Below are positions 59,773 through 64,000 of a stretch of DNA of 64,000 bases, in pieces. The notes beneath the pieces are model-generated. The model was not told the DNA's origin. It worked only from the letters and a program-made list of their open reading frames with translations, and ran no database searches. Numbering within the stretch: position 1 is the stretch's first letter; each line of letters starts with the position of its first letter. The stretch is taken from contig JAVVEA010000013.1 in assembly GCA_032250835.1 (NCBI GenBank), positions 5,662-69,661 on the forward strand. Reading direction: 5' to 3'. The DNA is from a bacterium (GTDB taxonomy: Bacteria > SAR324 > XYD2-FULL-50-16). The translations under genes and the position numbers were made by a program.

Positions 59773-60414
59773 ATGCCCAAAGCCGCTAGATTTTTTTTGT
59801 TGCTCGGTTGCCTCGGGTTTGCCGCGCCCGCGTTGATGGCCCGAGATTTTCAGATCTGCTCAAATTATTCGGAGCAAAACCTTTATGTTGCCTATGGCTA
59901 TCAGTCGAAAAACGCCTGGGTCGCCAAAGGCTGGTTTATGGTGCGTCCGGGCCGTTGCTTGCCTTTCGCCGCCCCGATCGAAGGGGGTAACTTTTACTAT
60001 TTTGCCTACAACGAAGACAAAAGTAACCGTTACGATGGGGAACATCCCTTTTGCGTGGACTCAAAGCCCTTCGCCACCAGCACCCGCAACCCGCAAGGAA
60101 CGGACTGCGCCGCCCAGGGGTTGATTCTGCGAAAATTTAAATCCTTTGAATTAGAGCAGGCCAGCGAAACCCGCCTCTTTTTGGAGCCCCCTTCAGGGGC
60201 CCAGGTCCAGGCAGTCCCCTATGGTGAAGCAAAGGAGAAACAACTGACCGATTGGGCCGATCAGGGCGACGCCAACGCCCGCGCCGAACTGCAACGCCGG
60301 GGCCGACCGGAAGCCCGGCCCAAGCCCGCAGCACCTAACAAAGACCAGGTGGACGACCTAGGAGAAGGTCCCGAAACTCCCCCCACGGACCAGGGCGCAT
60401 TCCAGACCCGCTAA
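59773..60414 (+). CDS. Secreted DUF1036-like protein
   Basis: Signal peptide; FQICSN...VAYGY...W..KGW..V.PG.C, YYFA, FCV. Confidence 0.7.
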   Translation: MPKAARFFLLLGCLGFAAPALMARDFQICSNYSEQNLYVAYGYQSKNAWVAKGWFMVRPGRCLPFAAPIEGGNFYYFAYNEDKSNRYDGEHPFCVDSKPFATSTRNPQGTDCAAQGLILRKFKSFELEQASETRLFLEPPSGAQVQAVPYGEAKEKQLTDWADQGDANARAELQRRGRPEARPKPAAPNKDQVDDLGEGPETPPTDQGAFQTR

Positions 60415-60538
60415 ACCGACAAAATTTGCTTGCCAAAGGCCCTATGGGCTCCTAAGATGTGGGATTTTAGAGTCGCTCCTTTAGGAGCCTGAACAAGTCA
60501 ACCTTTTATTTGTATTTTCCTTTCAGGAGAACTGGAAC

Positions 60539-61333
60539 ATGGCTGTTATCAGCATGAAAAGCCTCTTCGAGGCTGGGGTGCACTACGGACACAAGACCGA
60601 GCGCTGGCACCCTAAGATGAAAGATTATATCTACGGCTCCAAGGCGGGCATTTACATCCTTGACCTGCGCAAGTCTTTGGCCGCGCTCAAGGAAACCTAC
60701 GACTACGTCTACAACCTGTCGGTCAACGGCGGTAAGATTTTGTTCGTGGGCACCAAGTTCCAAGCCCGCGACATTGTCGCCGATTACGCCCTGGCTAGTG
60801 ATAACTACTACGCTAACCTGCGCTGGTTGGGCGGGATGATGACCAACTTCAATACCGTGAAGTTGTCAATCGCCAAGCTCAAGGCCTACGACGAGATGCG
60901 CGGTGCCGATGGTGACTATCCTGGAGTGATCAAAAAAGAAGCCGTCCGCTACGAGAAGGAACGCAAAAAATTGGAAGCCGTCTTGGGCGGTATCCAGGAC
61001 ATGCGCAAGCCCCCGGCAGCGGTCTTTATTATCGACCTTAAGCGCGAATCGATTGCTTTGAAGGAAGCCAACGTATTGGGCATCCCGGTGATCGGCGTGG
61101 TGGACACTAACTGCGACCCCCGCGGCGTGGACTTAGTGATCCCCGGTAACGACGACTCGGCCCATGCACTAGAGCTTTACGCTCAAGTGATCGCCGCCGC
61201 TTCGATCGAAGGCCGCAAGGTATATGAATCTAAGGCCGGTTCTGTGGACAAAATGGACCACAAGGACGAGAAAAAAGCAGCCCCCAAGGCCGAAGAGCCC
61301 GCAGTAGCTGCCGAAGAGGAAAAAGGCGAATAA
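60539..61333 (+). CDS. rpsB: 30S ribosomal protein S2
   Basis: AGVHYGH, ILFVGTK, RWLGGMMTN, VDTNCDP, PGNDD. Confidence 0.97.
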   Translation: MAVISMKSLFEAGVHYGHKTERWHPKMKDYIYGSKAGIYILDLRKSLAALKETYDYVYNLSVNGGKILFVGTKFQARDIVADYALASDNYYANLRWLGGMMTNFNTVKLSIAKLKAYDEMRGADGDYPGVIKKEAVRYEKERKKLEAVLGGIQDMRKPPAAVFIIDLKRESIALKEANVLGIPVIGVVDTNCDPRGVDLVIPGNDDSAHALELYAQVIAAASIEGRKVYESKAGSVDKMDHKDEKKAAPKAEEPAVAAEEEKGE

Positions 61334-61412
61334 CAGCCCTTTTCGCATCCCATAGGCCCGGGCTAGCCCCGGGCCGCCCCAACCTGAGACGACAACCAAG
61401 AGAGATAGTAGC

Positions 61413-62198
61413 ATGGCAATCACCGCTGCAATGGTAAAAGAGCTGCGCGAGATGACCGGCGCAGCCATGATGGACTGCAAAAAGGCCCTCGACGAGACCG
61501 CCGGAGACATGGACGCCGCCAAAGAATTTTTGCGCAAGAAAGGCGCGGCAACGGCCGACAAAAAGTCTTCACGCGAAACCAAAGAAGGAGCCATTTCCAT
61601 CGTTAACGAAGGCAGCCAAGCCGGTTTGGTTAAAATCGCTTGCGAGACCGACTTCGTGGCCATCAACGACGACTTCCAAAAGTTTATTGCTGGTCTGGCC
61701 GCCAAAGCCATGACCCTGGGCGCCGAAGCCTTTGAAGCCGAAACCAAAGAAGACTTCACCACCGCCATCGCCAAGATGGGCGAGAACATGAGCTGCTTAG
61801 AGCTGCAATCATGGAAAGCTGCCGCAGGCAACCTGATCGGGGCTTATGTCCACGGTACCGGTAGCATCGGCGTTTTGGTCGAAGTGACCGCTGGCGCAGG
61901 CGCTGAAGAAAAGGCTAAAGACTTGGCCATGCATATCGCTGCTAATAAAGTCGAAGCGATCAGCGAAGCCGACCTAGACCCCTCCATCGTGGAGAAGGAA
62001 CGGGTCTTCCAGATCGAGCAAGCCAAAGAATCGGGCAAGCCCCAAGAGATTGCCGAGAAAATGGTTATGGGCCGGATGAATAAGTTCAAAAAGGAGATAT
62101 GCTTGGTGGATCAGCCCTTTGTGAAAGATCCGGACAAAACGATCAAGCAATGGCTTGGCGGTATCGAAGTGGTACGGTTTTACAAAGCCGCCTTCTAG
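61413..62198 (+). CDS. tsf: Elongation factor Ts
   Basis: VKELREMTGA.MMDCKKAL, CETDFVA, AMHIAA, GKPQEIAEK, QPFVKD. Confidence 0.97.
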   Translation: MAITAAMVKELREMTGAAMMDCKKALDETAGDMDAAKEFLRKKGAATADKKSSRETKEGAISIVNEGSQAGLVKIACETDFVAINDDFQKFIAGLAAKAMTLGAEAFEAETKEDFTTAIAKMGENMSCLELQSWKAAAGNLIGAYVHGTGSIGVLVEVTAGAGAEEKAKDLAMHIAANKVEAISEADLDPSIVEKERVFQIEQAKESGKPQEIAEKMVMGRMNKFKKEICLVDQPFVKDPDKTIKQWLGGIEVVRFYKAAF

Positions 62199-62206
62199 TG
62201 TTACCC

Positions 62207-62240
62207 AAAGGGGGATGTGTTTCACATCCCCTTTTTTTTT
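62207..62240 (+). terminator. Intrinsic terminator after tsf
   Basis: GGGGATGTG-TTT-CACATCCCC followed by T9. Confidence 0.85.
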
Positions 62241-62269
62241 GCCTTAACCCTCTGCCCAGTTGATTCTCG

Positions 62270-62983
62270 ATGCCCCAGTCCTACCGTCGTGTCTTATTAA
62301 AACTTAGTGGCGAATACCTTGGCGGTCCCCAGGGCCAAGGCTTTGATTTTTCGGTAATCGATACCTTAGCCACCAAAATCTGTGCAGTCCAAGATGCGGG
62401 CTATGAAGTGGCGGTGGTCTTGGGTGGGGGAAACTTCTTTCGAGGTGCCCGCGACCTGCCCATCAAGATGGACCGCGTTGCCGCCGACCATATTGGCATG
62501 TTGGCCACGGTGATGAACAGCCTCTGCCTCAAAGAAGCCTTAATGGCGCGTGGCCGTACCGCGCGGGTGATGACGGGTTTAAATATTCCGGCGGTGGCCG
62601 AAGCCTTTGAAAAGCGCTTGGCAACCAAGAAAATCGCCGAAGGCCAAATCCTGATCTTTGGAGGCGGCACCGGCAACCCCTACTTCTCTACCGATACCGC
62701 CGCCGTCTTGCGGGGGCTGGAAATCGAAGCGGATGTGGTGGTCAAGGGGACGCTGGTTGATGGCGTTTACGACAAAGACCCCAAGAAATACCCAGATGCC
62801 GTTAAATATGAAGAGCTAAGCTTCACCACGGCCTTAGAAAAGGACTTAAAGGTAATGGATGCCTCGGCTTTGGGCATGTGCCGCGACAATAACTTGCCTT
62901 TGGGCGTGTTGAACATCAACTCCGACACGGACCTGCTGGACTTCCTGGCCGGTAAAACCGTGGGCACCCGCCTGAGTCGCTAA
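62270..62983 (+). CDS. pyrH: Uridylate kinase
   Basis: RVLLKLSGE, GGGNFFRG, GMLATVMN, GTGNPYFSTD, VDGVYDKDP. Confidence 0.97.
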   Translation: MPQSYRRVLLKLSGEYLGGPQGQGFDFSVIDTLATKICAVQDAGYEVAVVLGGGNFFRGARDLPIKMDRVAADHIGMLATVMNSLCLKEALMARGRTARVMTGLNIPAVAEAFEKRLATKKIAEGQILIFGGGTGNPYFSTDTAAVLRGLEIEADVVVKGTLVDGVYDKDPKKYPDAVKYEELSFTTALEKDLKVMDASALGMCRDNNLPLGVLNINSDTDLLDFLAGKTVGTRLSR

Positions 62984-62986
62984 TCC

Positions 62987-63385
62987 ATGGAACCGGGAAA
63001 AATCCCTCCTCCGCGTAAAGGCCTCGCCCGTCTCTGGGCCGCCTTTTTCCACAGCCTCGCCGGGCTAAAATCAGTTTACCAAAGCGAAGAGGCCTTCCGT
63101 CTGGAAGTATGGCTGTTGCCGCCTTTGACGCTGGTTGCTTGGGTCCTGCCGTTGGGGCCGTTCTGGCAGGTTTGGCTGACCTTCGGGGCGCTCTTTTTGT
63201 TGCTGATGGAATTGATCAACACCGCGCTAGAGCGGCTAGTGGACTTGATCACCTCCGAGTGGAACCCCCTGGCCAAAGACGCCAAAGACATCGGCAGCGC
63301 CCTGGTATTATTCTCTACGGGCTTTTACTTGCTTTTATGGGCTTTGGCCGGTTGGAGCCTCTGTAGGGCCGACGCGCTGGCTTAA
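62987..63385 (+). CDS. dgkA: Diacylglycerol kinase (DgkA)
   Basis: AFFHSLAGL, EEAFRLE, ELINTALERLVD, AKDIGSA. Confidence 0.9.
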   Translation: MEPGKIPPPRKGLARLWAAFFHSLAGLKSVYQSEEAFRLEVWLLPPLTLVAWVLPLGPFWQVWLTFGALFLLLMELINTALERLVDLITSEWNPLAKDAKDIGSALVLFSTGFYLLLWALAGWSLCRADALA

Positions 63386-64000
63386 GCGGCCCTGTTGCTA
63401 GCTGTACAGTCTGCCTCTTGGCCAGACATTTTGTGGCTATTTCAAGAGCGCTATTCTTTGCGCCGAAAAGACAAGTTTTCAGGGCACAGGGCTTGGCTCG
63501 CTTAAGGGTCTGAGCACCGCCAGCCCGCTGGGCCGAATAAATCCTTCCCCCAACAACTTGAAATTGAAACCCATTCCCTCAAGCTTGAAGCCAGTGGTGC
63601 GCAACAACGAACCGCCAGCCATCAAAAAAAACTAGTGGGCCTGGATTAGGCCGTGTCGCTTGGGGCTTCGAAAGTTGATCTTTCAAGTTTCCTCGGGCCT
63701 TTGGAGGTCCCAGCCTTGGCTAACCAAAAAGTTCTCCCAAAGCCATCGACGACATGACCCTGGTCGAGCCTTTTGAGGCCGGTAAGCAGGCGTCTGGATA
63801 GGGCTTTGGCGGGGGAGCAAAACAGACCGGAATCCCTCGGGGCCTATAAAGGCGACCGCAGGCCAGAGGCCTTTGGTGGCCTGGCGGAGTTCGTGAAGCC
63901 AATGCGCCAGCCCCAAAAATTTCTTGTCCCCAAAGGCCCGCAAGTTAAGACATGGATCAAGCCGGCACTGGTTCGGCCTGGCTACCTTCATTGTTCTCGG

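Noticed and set aside
63386-64000. ORFs 63683-63991 and 63720-63902 at the window end
   Set aside because: No recognisable motif or RBS; cannot be supported without the flanking sequence
1-64000. Numerous short antisense or alternate-frame ORFs inside identified genes; also rRNA, tRNA and IS elements
   Set aside because: Shadow ORFs are expected at this GC content; no rRNA, tRNA cloverleaf or transposase was recognised

Overview
Bacterial chromosomal window, probably from a SAR324/'Lambdaproteobacteria'-like or other deltaproteobacteria-related lineage (inferred from gene content only). In order it contains: (1) a complete type I-C CRISPR-Cas locus (cas3-cas5-cas8c-cas7-cas4-cas1-cas2) with a 31-repeat array, preceded by an orphan Cas3 HD fragment; (2) an aceE-aceF-lpdA pyruvate dehydrogenase operon; (3) two Hsp20 genes under a sigma54 promoter; (4) a binding protein/hybrid kinase pair; (5) a mosaic dissimilatory sulfite reductase cluster dsrC-A-B-D-R-T-M-K-J-O-P plus a closely linked unknown ORF; (6) housekeeping genes (comM, hemJ, hup, purA, purN, purD-purE fusion, trpB2, rpsB, tsf, pyrH, dgkA), signalling genes and a FecR/TlpA/Ig-Kelch surface operon. 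The most notable unannotated signal is a cryptic one-spacer CRISPR-like mini-array (643-734) upstream of cas3. Its spacer matches 16/17 nt of a TTC-PAM-flanked site 82 bp upstream in the putative cas promoter, suggesting crRNA-like autorepression. The second is an in-frame TGA at a Cys-equivalent position next to the phospho-acceptor Asp of a hybrid kinase receiver domain, followed by a SECIS-like hairpin. All calls are from reading the sequence by eye; no database searches were run.
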